From Octopus bimaculoides (Eukaryota), in assembly GCF_001194135.2 (NCBI RefSeq), contig NC_068988.1:51482689-51546688 (forward strand): a stretch of DNA of 64,000 nt, in the 5' to 3' direction. Positions 13,872 to 26,700 of this stretch are shown piece after piece (position 1 is the stretch's first letter; each line of letters starts with the position of its first letter). A model generated the notes under the pieces. That model was given only the letters and a program-made list of their open reading frames with translations, made no database searches and was not told where the DNA came from. The position numbers and the translations under genes are program-made.

Positions 13872-14628
13872 AGGTGCAGGAGTGGCTGTGTGGTAAGTAG
13901 TTTGCTTACCAACCATATGGTTCTGGGTTCAGTCCCACTGTGTGGCACCTCGAGCAACTGTCTTCTACTATAGCTATTCTACTATAGAAATTGAAAGAAG
14001 ACCGTCGTATATATATATATATATATATATATATATNNNNNNNNNNNNNNNNNNNNNNNNNNNNNNNNNNNNNNNNNNNNNNNNNNNNNNNNNNNNNNNN
14101 NNNNNNNNNNNNNNNNNNNNNNNNNNNNNNNNNNNNNNNNNNNNNNNNNNNNNNNNNNNNNNNNNNNNNNNNNNNNNNNNNNNNNNNNNNNNNNNNNNNN
14201 NNNNNNNNNNNNNNNNNNNNNNNNNNNNNNNNNNNNNNNNNNNNNNNNNNNNNNNNNNNNNNNNNNNNNNNNNNNNNNNNNNNNNNNNNNNNNNNNNNNN
14301 NNNNNNNNNNNNNNNNNNNNNNNNNNNNNNNNNNNNNNNNNNNNNNNNNNNNNNNNNNNNNNNNNNNNNNNNNNNNNNNNNNNNNNNNNNNNNNNNNNNN
14401 NNNNNNNNNNNNNNNNNNNNNNNNNNNNNNNNNNNNNNNNNNTCCCCCCAACATTGCTTGACAACCGATGCTGGTGTGTTTACATCCCCGTAACTTAGTG
14501 GTTCAGCCAAAGCGAACAATAGAATAAGTACCAGGCATACAAAAGAATAAGTCCTGGAGTCGATTTGCTCGACTAAAGGCAGTGCTCCAGCATGGCCATA
14601 GTCAAATGACTGAAACAAATAAAAGAAT
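13872..14628 (+). mobile_element. SINE family A with N-gap at its internal (TA)n
   Basis: Complete head and 3' module on either side of the gap 14037-~14442. Confidence 0.9.
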
Positions 14629-15519
14629 ATATATATATCTATCTATATATATATATATATATGTATATATGAAAAGATCAAGTTAAATAAAGGACTTGTT
14701 GAGATTAGTTCAGGCCATGTAAGACTGTACAAAAAGGTTTACCAAGGCCAAAACTGAATTCAATAAAAACAAATGCATATATGTTTCCCTATCAAGGCCC
14801 TTTTCATGTCCACCTCATAGAAAATTTTATAACTTGATTGACACCACTGATAACTGGGTTTTTATTGCACAACAGTAGAAGTCTAAAACTTGTAAGTGTG
14901 AGCTAAAAATTAGCACATCAAAGAATTAAATACCTTTATTTTTAACGGGGACATGAAGTTTGATAGTATCTAAGACATGGCCTTCTTTGTATGTAATGAA
15001 GGGGTTTGTGAGAATTCACTTCTATAACGTTACTGTAAACAATTAGTTAAAAATCCGCTTAACAGGATGTTGGCAGACTAGTATGAAATAAAAATCTGAA
15101 GAGTGCAAGATATATTAAGAGTACATAATGATAGTATATTTAACTATGGACTGCTTAGGGCTTCATTAGGAGTCGTGTGTATGTGTGTGTAATATTACAT
15201 TCTGCTTATATTGGTAATATGATTAGTGCTAAAAAAGAAAGTATGGAGACTAGGGTATGAATAGGGTCGATATTGTTCAGAGAGTTGTTATCCACGATGG
15301 ATTTTTCTCTTTGTACAAATGGTATTCTGTCTGAGATGTAAGAGCAAGTATGGCTTTGTGTGGCGGTGGAATGAGGTTGTTGAGTAGAATTATAGTCATT
15401 GTAAAGGAAATTGTAATTGGCATGACCAGGCATCTGATTTAAGTATGGTCAATAATTTTAGATTGAGAAGGGGAAAGACTGAATATTTTATCCAGTTTAC
15501 ATTTATATATATATACATG

Positions 15520-15912
15520 CGTGGAGGCGCAATGGCTCAGTGGTTATTGCAGCAGACTCACGGTCATAGGATCACGGTTTCGATTCCCAGACCGGGCGTT
15601 GTGAGTGTTTATTGAGCGAAAACACCTAAAAGCTCCACGAGGCTCCGGCAGGGGATGGTGGCAAACCCTGCTGTACTTTCACCACAACTTTCTCTCACTC
15701 TTACTTCCTGTTTCCGTTGTGCCTGTAATTCAAAGGGTCAGCCTTGTCACACTGTGTCACGCTGAATATCCCCGAGAACTACGTTAAGGGTACACATGTC
15801 TGTGGAATGCCCAGCCACTTGCACGTTAATTTCACGAGCAGGCTGTTCCGCTGATCGGATCAACTGGAACCCTCGACGTTGTAAGCGACGGAGTGCCAAC
15901 AACAATAACAAC
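15520..15912 (+). mobile_element. Young tRNA-derived SINE, family B
   Basis: A-box TGGCTCAGTGG, B-box GGTTTCGATTCC, (CAA)n tail, 11-bp TSD atatatacatg (15509-15519 / 15913-15923). Near-identical inverted copy at 33017-33405. Confidence 0.9.
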
Positions 15913-18900
15913 ATATATACATGTATCCATACACATCTACACACTCTTTATGCAGACTGTTTAAGATTAGTTTTCAATTAAAAATACTATTTTACTACAA
16001 TATTTAAAAAGTCAACTTGTGATGATAGTGTTGTTGCTTAGCCCCTGATCGGCCCTAATCCAGTATACTTGTGATCACGGTGGGGACATTTTTTTTTTCC
16101 TGGCACATGTCCAATATTTTCTCTGTTTTCAAACACCTCATCATGGAATGAAGGAGATTTGGTAGCTATTTCTAGCAAGTTGAGTAAACGCAGAGGCACC
16201 CAGTGTCGGCATTAATATGCATGCTTGAGTGTAATCATGAATAGCTTATTAATTAACTCTAGATTTGTCAATATTTCTTAACTAGATGTATCTTGTTTTA
16301 CCATGGGGTCCCCTATACAAAATGTTACTCTTTAACTGGTTGAAATTAGGGATCATTTTTACCCAGGTGGTTGATGTGATCAACAAGGCATCTCGCTACA
16401 AAATATTTGCCTCAAAAGTTCCTGTGAAAATATCCTAATTCTTAGACTCATGCTAGCATAGAACAATAGATGTTTCAAAAAAAAAACTTCTTTTTTTAAT
16501 CTTTACAAGAGGATCTACCTCTCATTTATTGTTCTGCTTTTCTCATGAACCATCTGTTGATAGTCTACAGGCAACTAATTTTATTATTTAAGCTGGTCCG
16601 GCAAAGGCTTGCTAATTATTCCAGCCAACATTAATATTCTTCTGGCTTTATTTTCTTTCTTTCTCTCCTAAACAACTTAACCAAATTTAGTTTACCATTT
16701 ACATGTCTTTTATCTTAGGTAAGTATTATATTATGGAGACGCCTTTTATCATTAGTGTATCAGAACAACCAGATTTGTCGGCAAATGTTTATCAAACGGT
16801 GTGTTATCGAGGGCGACATGTTCAATTGTAAAGTATCTATCATTTACAGTTAGCTAAAATACTTTCATCCGTGCTTCACTAGACATTGTGAAACCACTGT
16901 GTGATTTACCCCATTTTATTGGTCTGTCTTTTACAGTTGTCAATGTTTCCACTAAAGACGCTTTCAAGGTGAAATTCTATTAAATGGGTTTGTGTGTGTG
17001 TGTAGTCCGGTGGAAGGAGGTGGGTGATTTACAATTCCAGCAACTGTGGCGGCATTTACCTAAAGAATGACACAAACATCAAATTATATTACTTAGGTTT
17101 CCCTTTTCATCTTATGTATGTACGCATGCATACACCCAAACACACACACACACACACACATATGTATATATTCTGTTTAGGTTGTTGGACAAAATATATT
17201 ACAGTTACAGTAAGTGATGTGAAGAGTACAATATGAAAAATTTTGTTTGTTTGTTTGGGTTTTTTTGAGGGATGGGGGGACTTTCGTTTTCATATTCTGT
17301 ATAATCTGTATTGTGTGTGTGTGTGACTGAAGCTGGACCTCATACATATTCAGTCTATGGTATGTAGGCATTATTGCTTCAGTGTTTTATTTATTTCTCT
17401 ACGTAGAGAAATATTTTGCTTTCCATTCTCTGTTTTAGTAAGGATTAAATGCTCTGAAAATTTGCATATAAATTATTGGAGGAGTTATTTTTACAGTTAG
17501 GTGTATGTTTTAACTGTAATATAGGGATGGGTATTGATGTGTGAAGTTTAAGCAATCAAAGTACCTTCTACAAAACTGAAGTAAATATTAAGCTACTCTC
17601 TGTAAAATTACCAACAGATTCATCCTTAACTTCTACTGATTTTATTTTTATCCTTGATAATTTGCAGTCATAAGGGGACAGGATTGGTTACTGTCAATGT
17701 ATTCTGGTGTTTAGTTTAAAAAAACAGACAGTATGAGATGAGGGGATACATGGAAAGGAAACAGTTACAGAATGATTCATACTTTAAGATACAAATGGAC
17801 AATCTTTTGTGAGGATGTATGCTGAAACTGTTGATAACTCTAAGAAAATAAATTTCCTTGCAAACCATAGTAATTATAGTGTTTTAAAACTTGCGGAGAT
17901 CATAAAATTATGATTTTTCAGATTTTCAACTTATTTTCAGGAATGAAACATTTTTTAATAAATAGATTCAGACATGGTTGAGTGGTTAAGAAGTTCACCT
18001 CACAACCTTGGACAGTTGTCTTGTGGGTGAATTTGATAGATAGAAATAGCAAGCCCACCATGCATATTTGTGTTTGTGCCTGCAAACATATGTGAATGTC
18101 AATATGCCATGGCTTCATTTGTCACTGTTTCAGTAAAACTGATGTGATGTTAACATTCTTTGTAGCCTTTACAACTGGTCACTCTGCACTTTAAAAGACG
18201 TGGAATAAAAATAAAATCCCTGTCTCCTCTCAAAAAACAAGTAATGGTTGGTCCAGTAATCCTGCCTCATGTTGCCACCCAACCCATTCTAGCTCAGGAA
18301 AATGAGCATTAAATTAATGAGCAAACATTTCTACTATATATCAATGTTTTAATCTCTGATCACCATTGTTTGTGTTATACAAACTGAAGTTGTGCTGATA
18401 GCTTTTATTAAATTATGGTTGATAAAGCTCTATACTGATTCTAGTACAATTATTATAATTTTCATGTTATTCAGTTTGACGCATAAGTTACAACCCCGAA
18501 TGATGATGATAGAAACATTGAATGTGAATATTAAAAAATGTTTCATCTCTAAAGATGAGATTAATAGTCCAAAAAATTATAATCTTACAAGCCACTTAGC
18601 ATCTCAAGTATTGAGAGATAATATTTATTGTATCTTACAACTTTCTCTAAAAGAAACCTGGAACTAAATAGGATAGTTTTAGGAATGTTGTCAGTAACCT
18701 TTAGCAGTTCACAAGAAGTTAAGTTTAATGAATTAGAAGTAATAATAATGATGGAGACATTGTTTATTTCAGTATATTCCTTGTTTGTTCATTATAAAAA
18801 TATAACATAGAAGTAAAACATTGGTTTAGATGAGCACCTCTGTCAATTATCTACATAGATTTTTTTTTAACTGCTTCTTTACCAATTGCATTAGATCTGA

Positions 18901-19886
18901 TCTTGCATCTTGTTCCAGGGCTGACGACCCCATGACAGCTTAGCTTTTTGAACTGATCTCACATCTTCACTGAAGTACAACATTGCTGTATCAGCTATGA
19001 GATCATTTTAGATTTTCACTAGAAAATGACACTAATCACCCACCACCATGACAGACATCTATGGAGTTGTCCATTTCTTTGTCTTTGTAATAGAAAAACA
19101 AGCTTACAAACTTGTTTTCTATCACCAAATACTTTTTATCATAATGTTGTTGTGGTTTAATCTCAGGTCAACTATGTTCGAGTAGACATACTATCAAAGG
19201 TACTCAAACTGTGACCATCCCAACTTGGTTTTTTTTAACCATTTAGACATTTAGGACACATTATCCAGTGTGTCTTTTTTGTAGTCAGTAAGTTGTGATT
19301 TGTGGAAGGTTTTGGTGTTACCTCTAGCAAGGGTGGGGGAGTGGGCAAGCATGTAAAGTCTGTCGCAATAGCTCATGTTGGCATAAGTTTCATGTGGTGG
19401 GAAACAGAGAGAGCTTTAAGATTTATATGATTCTCTAATTTCTTTACCGTGTATTCTAGACTGCTCACTTTTCCTGCTGTAACCTCTACAGTATAAACTA
19501 AATGGTATATTTTACTATATTTGTCAAGACACAAACTCTAAACAAGGAGGGGAGAGGAAGAGACGAGAAAGAAGAACTTTCAAAGCAATTGTTTAACTTC
19601 TCTTCGACAATTCTTATTGAAAATTTCAATTTCAAATAAATTGAAGTGTCTGAAAAAAAATTGTAAATCACAAAAACAAAATATAATAATGAAATTAAAG
19701 AAAACATATAACTTGCTGCTATAAGATAGGGTTACAGTTTTTTCTTGTGCTTTCTCTAGAATTATATTGGTTTCAGGGTTGAAAAACAGATTTCAATTGG
19801 ATTTATTTTTTATTCTTATGGAATAAATTTGTTTTGTATTGATGTGATATTCTGTTGCAGAAAATTTAGTTAATAATAGTCATAAA

Positions 19887-19926
<40 letters not shown>

Positions 19927-21500
19927 NNNNNNNNNNNNNNNNNNNNNNNNNNNNNNNNNNNNNNNNNNNNNNNNNNNNNNNNNNNNNNNNNNNNNNNNNN
20001 NNNNNNNNNNNNNNNNNNNNNNNNNNNNNNNNNNNNNNNNNNNNNNNNNNNNNNNNNNNNNNNNNNNNNNNNNNNNNNNNNNNNNNNNNNNNNNNNNNNN
20101 NNNNNNNNNNNNNNNNNNNNNNNNNNNNNNNNNNNNNNNNNNNNNNNNNNNNNNNNNNNNNNNNNNNNNNNNNNNNNNNNNNNNNNNNNNNNNNNNNNNN
20201 NNNNNNNNNNNNNNNNNNNNNNNNNNNNNNNNNNNNNNNNNNNNNNNNNNNNNNNNNNNNNNNNNNNNATTGCTGAACTGCCATAAAAACCTTTCCACAC
20301 CATGCATACTCACGCACACACACACACACACATATGTGCAGCACATACACATGCTGTCATATTTACTGTGCATGTCATTCTATATATTTTACCATTATTT
20401 TTTTTTTCTTTCTATATTTCTATTTTCTTCTTTTTCCACTTATTTGCTCATTCACTACTTGTGCCTCTCAAATATCTAAAAACCACATTATCTTTAATTC
20501 GTATTGGATGGAGGTGGGGGGGGATGAACGATAGAGATAAGGGTGCAGTGAAGTGACTACTTCCAAGGGTAGAAGTCGGCGGCGGCGGCAGTGATGGTGG
20601 TGGTGGTGAAGGTGGTTTATCTTTAGCTTGAAGTTCTGAACCAATAAACAGCAGCAGCAGCATCTTAGCATCTTCCTATCACACTAGATGTTCCATGATG
20701 ATATTATACCCCAGGTGAAGTGGAGACAGAGCGACGTGGAAGGCTGGTCGGTGGAACACTCACTGATTCTGAACTTCTCCCCTTTCATTCTGTGCATTTA
20801 TTACTTTTATTCACTTACTTATTTTTTATGCATGCGTGTGTGTGTGTGTTGTATGTATTAATGTAAATGTATTTATATATCCATGTGTGCTTATATTTGT
20901 ATATCTGTAAGTATGTTTATGTAGGTAGATCTGTATGTATGTTTATGTATATGTATGTATGTGTGTGTACATATATATATATATATATGTGTGTATGTAT
21001 GTATTTGTGTGTGTGTATTTTAAATGTATATTTTTATGTGCTTATGCACAGATCTGCATGTGTGTGTGTGTGTGTGTGCATTTTATTTTTATTTATTTTT
21101 TACTTTTATGTGTTTATTTTAAACATGTTGCTATTGGTTAACTAGCTGTCCGTGAGAGTTAAAGCAGCTGTTTTGCTGGCGTGTAAACACTGCACTAACA
21201 GTCTTGTAAATGGGAAGGAACGAGCTGCTCTCCTTATTGTGAACAGTGTTTGGCACGGCAGCGAGCATGATCAATCTCTTGCCCATGACATGATGTGTTT
21301 CTCTTCAGATTCTATGCCCAATGGCGCCAGATAAAAGAAGCATCGCTTAATGGCTAACCAGTTTGTAGTAATAAATTGTTCTACCCATATTGATTTGCCC
21401 TTTGTTCTGGCAATTTCTTTTCAGGCTCTAACATGGCTGATTTCAGCTCAAAGCAAAAACATAAAGAAGATGTAAAATACAATATTAAAAAAAAAAAAGA

Positions 21501-21544
<44 letters not shown>

Positions 21545-21657
21545 AAACTAAAAAACACAGGAAATAAGAGAAAAGGGAGAAAAGAAAAAAGGAAAGAAAA
21601 ATATAGTTAGCTAAATAAAACAGAANNNNNNNNNNNNNNNNNNNNNNNNNNNNNNNN

Positions 21658-21689
<32 letters not shown>

Positions 21690-21773
21690 ATTACAACAAT
21701 AATGAAAGATAGTGATAAATGATTAAATGAAAGAAATCAAAAAAGTAAATTAGGAATAAATAGTAAAAAGTAT

Positions 21774-21806
<33 letters not shown>

Positions 21807-22189
21807 TGCGATATCAATGTGTTTGATAATAACATGAAAAAAATTGTTGGGGAAATCAAGGGAAGTGAAAGAAATATTGCAAAAGACAGTTTTTCTAAGA
21901 CAACTCCCTGCCTCATCCCCAATTCTGTCCCCCACCTCTCTCTCGTGTTCTCTCCCCCTCCCATTCATGTATATATATTTACCCCCAAATGCACATACAC
22001 ATACTCTCATTATGAAAGGAGATGGGAAAGTGAAAAGAAACAGAGGCTCTCATCCTGCATATCGTTGCACTTCTCTTTGATAATGTTTGTCAATAATAGT
22101 TCCAATATGATAAGTGCCATAGATGCGAGAAAGCAGATTCATCTGTAGGAATTCATTGCTGAATATTAACAATTTTATATATATGTATA

Positions 22190-22265
<76 letters not shown>

Positions 22266-23312
22266 CATATATATATTCATAATGTATGTGTGTGTGTATA
22301 TATGTATTTGTCAATTTTTTTTTTCCACTTTTTATTCATTTATCACACTTTTACTACATATATTTTTTTAACTTTTTGTTTTTGTTGCTTGTTTTGTTAA
22401 ACTTGAATCTTCTTTATTCTTCCCTTCCTCTCTCTCTCTCTCTCTCTCTCTGTCTTTATATGTATGTGTGTTCCTGTTTTCATGTCTTATCTTAAAATTG
22501 CTGGGGTTTTTTTTTTTTGGTTTTTTTCTATTTCATTTTCATTTTCATTTCCATTTATTTATTTTTATTTCCGCTATTTTCATCAATTCTAAAATAAAAA
22601 AGAGGAGGGAATGGTTGAATTATTTATGACATCCGATCCATAGATTGTTATGGTTGTTGACTTGTTTTATTTGTTTTCCAATAATCACAGAATGGTTTGT
22701 TGTCTTTCATTCTCCTTTTTTTTTCTTTTTTTTTTTCTTTTTGTGGTAGTGATAGAGGTGGTAATGGTGGTAGTGTTGGTTTTTTTCTGGTGAGGATGGA
22801 TGGATGGTGAGGACGTTGTTGGCCCTCCTTCATCCGTTGAGCAAGTGGCTTAATTAACGGCATATTTTTAGCTGAACCAGCCGATTGGCCTTGCTTTTAC
22901 TTCACTGCTTCATCAATTACTTTGGCCCGTCAGCATACGAGTAAAAACACTTGCAAACATTAGCTTCAATTAATTATGGACTGTGACAGCTTAATAAAAA
23001 TGTTCACACTTTGCTTGATTCTTAATTTATTTTTGTTTTACTTCTCTCATTCTCTCTCTATCTATCTCTGTCTCTCTCTCTCTCATCGTCATCGTTCTCT
23101 TGTTTCAAGATGCAAAGAGACATTGCTGGTACTGTGGTTTCAAGTGAAAATTAAAGAGTTAGAAATGTGCCTAGTCTCTACCACCACCAAAGTTCTATTC
23201 TCCACCTCCTTGTATGTTTATTTGTATGTTTGCTTTCCACCACCACCACCACCACCACCTGCTATACTTGTGTAAATATCTGTTTATATTCCTCATTTTC
23301 ACCTTGGACACA

Positions 23313-23353
<41 letters not shown>

Positions 23354-23651
23354 TACTGTCACTGTCACTTTGAGAAGTGAGGTGTCAAAGGTCAGTACAT
23401 GCAATTCGTAGAAGGAGCCCTCATCCTGNNNNNNNNNNNNNNNNNNNNNNNNNNNNNNNNNNNNNNNNNNNNNNNNNNNNNNNNNNNNNNNNNNNNNNNN
23501 NNNNNNNNNNNNNNNNNNNNNNNNNNNNNNNNNNNNNNNNNNNNNNNNNNNNNNNNNNNNNNNNNNNNNNNNNNNNNNNNNNNNNNNNNNNNNNNNNNNN
23601 NNNNNNNNNNNNNNNNNNNNNNNNNNNNNNNNNNNNNNNNNNNNNNNNNNN

Positions 23652-23712
<61 letters not shown>

Positions 23713-24260
23713 CATAGATAAATAGATAGATATACACCTCCACTTTGCCAACTATGTTGTATATATATCTACCAGTCAGATGCCTGTTTGGTTCACTAGT
23801 GTTAGTAATTTGTGAATTTGTCACTTGTTAGCTCACTATCACAGCCATCGTGGTATTCTATCAGATCTTCATCATTCTCATTCCAACTTCAACAGCAAAT
23901 TCTTCATTTCCTCGCAGTCATTGTTCACCACAATAGTAATCATTCATGTTGATTTGATTGTATTTTAATTAATCTAGAATGATAAATATTGAACTTTAAT
24001 TTGCTTCTTCTTCTTCTTGTTAGCAATTGTGGCTATGATAGTAATACTAAAGGTGTTGGTGGTGGTGGTGGTGGTGGCAGCATTAAAAGATGTATTGATG
24101 TAACTTGTTGTGTCAACACTGATTGAACAATCTCATGATCAAAGCATTTTGGCCATGACCATCCTGACTTTCTAAAGCTCTTTAGGACTATATTATTGAG
24201 TGTGTCCTTTCTTTATTTAAAATTTGAGGGAAATTTGGCTATTCTTTCTAGCAGGTGTGG

Positions 24261-24669
24261 CTTTTAGTTGCTTTCAGTCATTAGACTGCGGTCATGCTGA
24301 AGCACCACCTTGAAGAATTTTAGTTGAATCAATCAACTCCTATTCTTATTATCTTTTTTGAAAAGCCTGGTACCTATTCTATCAGTCTTTTTTGCTGAAC
24401 CACTAAGTTATAGGGACATAAACACACCAGCATAGGTTGTCAAGTGGTAGGAGGTGGACAAACATATATACCAAGAACGCATGCACACACACACACATAT
24501 GATGGGCTTGCGCTTCTTTCAGTTTCCAGCTGCCAAATCCACTTGGAAAGCTTTGGTCGACCCAAGACTATAGTAGAAGACACTTGCCCACGGTGCCATG
24601 CAGTGGGGCTGAACCCAGAAGCATGTGGTTGGGAAGCAACCTTCTTACTGCACTGCTACACCTGCGCCT
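24261..24669 (-). mobile_element. SINE family A
   Basis: Full-length reverse-complement match. Confidence 0.85.
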
Positions 24670-25911
24670 GGTGGTAGTAATAAAGATTCAGTTGTTTTAA
24701 CCCAATCATAGTACTGATAAAGGTGTTGTTAGCAGTATTGGTACTAAAGATCTTACAATTGTTGAAAGTTGTCTCACATTCATAGGTAACATCTTGTGTT
24801 CCTCTTGTTTTATCCCTTCAAATGCCAGCTAGAAAAATCTATAACTTAATCTGTCAAAATCAAAGGAATTGGAATTTGTTATGCAGCTGGTCTAGCTCAG
24901 AAGTGAGATATCTTATGGTTACACTATTCAAATCATATTGTGAGAATCACTTTATTAAGGGTGATGTTCTGTTATGTTGTAATTTTCTCTTTAAAAAAAA
25001 CTTAGTTGTCCAGTTTTGTCATCACTACTTTAGTTTTGGTGTATATACAGTATATATAGATTACTTAAGAAGTATTGAATATGTGTGGGTGTACTTACAT
25101 ACGCTCTCTAATATGTGTGTGTGTGTGGACCTACATTAGAGTAAACAAACCAGAGAAAAGTTGCTTGGCATATTTAATGGAATTAATTTATTTGAAGCTG
25201 GGCAATTCTCTCAAAGCTACTCATTGTCTTGACACATGCAAACTTTTATTACCCAAAGGTTTGCATATGAAAAGAAAATCTAGAGAGCAGTGAAGTGAAT
25301 CATCAGCTTCAAATGAATATAAATATACATATATATATATATCTGTGTGTGTGTGTTCATACATACAGACAGACAGACATATATAACGTTCTCAAGAGGC
25401 CTGGGTATTAAATTATTTGGCTTAGTTATTGAGTCATTGCTGCAGTCGACTGACAGCTCTGTGATAACAAGACTAATAATTGTGAGCAATCAAATTGAAA
25501 TAGTTTATAGTGAAAGAACATTTCTATTCATGAGTTAGTGATTTTGGATATTCCTCTTGAATTTGGACATAAAGCTTGGCTTCACCATTTGTTAATGTTT
25601 CCTTGTCACAGAATTTTTTTTCCTTTTCACAGTTTTGTATCCATTTCAAATGCTTTTTTCTTTTTTCTCCTTTATGTGGAGTTACTGCTATGTTTCCTAG
25701 CTGAAGGTCCTTATCACTAACCACTCAAACAACAATGGAACTTTTAGCAGATAGAGCTAGGAGATTTTTCTATCTTGCCCAAGGGAAGACATAGTTAGTA
25801 AAGCAGTAATGTTTGAATGTCTGAGCATTTCGTCTGTAATTCAGCACTAACATAGACATTAGCCTCTCACAGATTATTGTTGTTAAGGAGTCTCTAGGGC
25901 CCAGATATCTG

Positions 25912-25948
<37 letters not shown>

Positions 25949-26004
25949 CATTTTCTTGATGATCAGTAGATGGTTCTTTATTTAATTAGAGTAACAATGT
26001 TTTG

Positions 26005-26135
26005 CCAAAGACTAAGGCATCTAGTTTATCTTGCCTTATTGTATGAAGACATATAGTCCATCTTACATCAGACTATATAGACATCTAGTCTGTTTTTGCC
26101 TCAGTGTATATGGGCATCTGGGCTATCTTGCTATA
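26005..26135. repeat. Degenerate ~32-bp minisatellite (gRcatctagtctatcttgcc)
   Basis: 4 diverged units. Confidence 0.55.
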
Positions 26136-26359
26136 GAATAAGTACCAGATAGAATAAGTACCAGGCTTACAAAGAATAAATCCTTGGATCAATTTATTTG
26201 ACTCTAGTCAAATGACTGAAACAAGTAAAAGAGATATTTAACCAATTGACTAACAACAATGAATGTTAGTCAGTCAGTTAAATTGAACCAGTGCATGTGT
26301 TGTTATTGGCATAATGATCCTCCCAAGACAACATGAGGATATATTCTTTTACTAATTTG

Positions 26360-26502
26360 TCATTTGACTGCAGCCATGCTGGAGCTCTGCCTTGAAGGGT
26401 TTTAGTTGAACAGATCGATCTCAGGACTTAATTTCTTTTAAGCTTTGTACTTATTCCATCAGTCTCTTTTGCCAAACCACTAAGTTATGGGGACATAACC
26501 AT

Positions 26503-26546
<44 letters not shown>

Positions 26547-26700
26547 GACAAGCTTCTTTCAGTTTCTGTCTGCCAGATCCACTCATAAAGTCATAAGGCT
26601 TTCGTCAGCCCAAGGCTATAGTAGAAGACACTTGCCCATGGTGGGACTGAACCTGGAGCTATGTGGTTGGAAAGCAAGCTTCTTACCACACAGCCACACC
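26360..26700 (-). mobile_element. SINE family A
   Basis: Reverse-complement match with internal (CA)n. A tail-only + copy lies at 26135-26235. Confidence 0.85.

Noticed and set aside
15520-15600. tRNA genes at SINE heads (also 28200, 33330-33405, 48376)
   Set aside because: A and B boxes are present but run directly into SINE bodies, and I see no complete cloverleaf.
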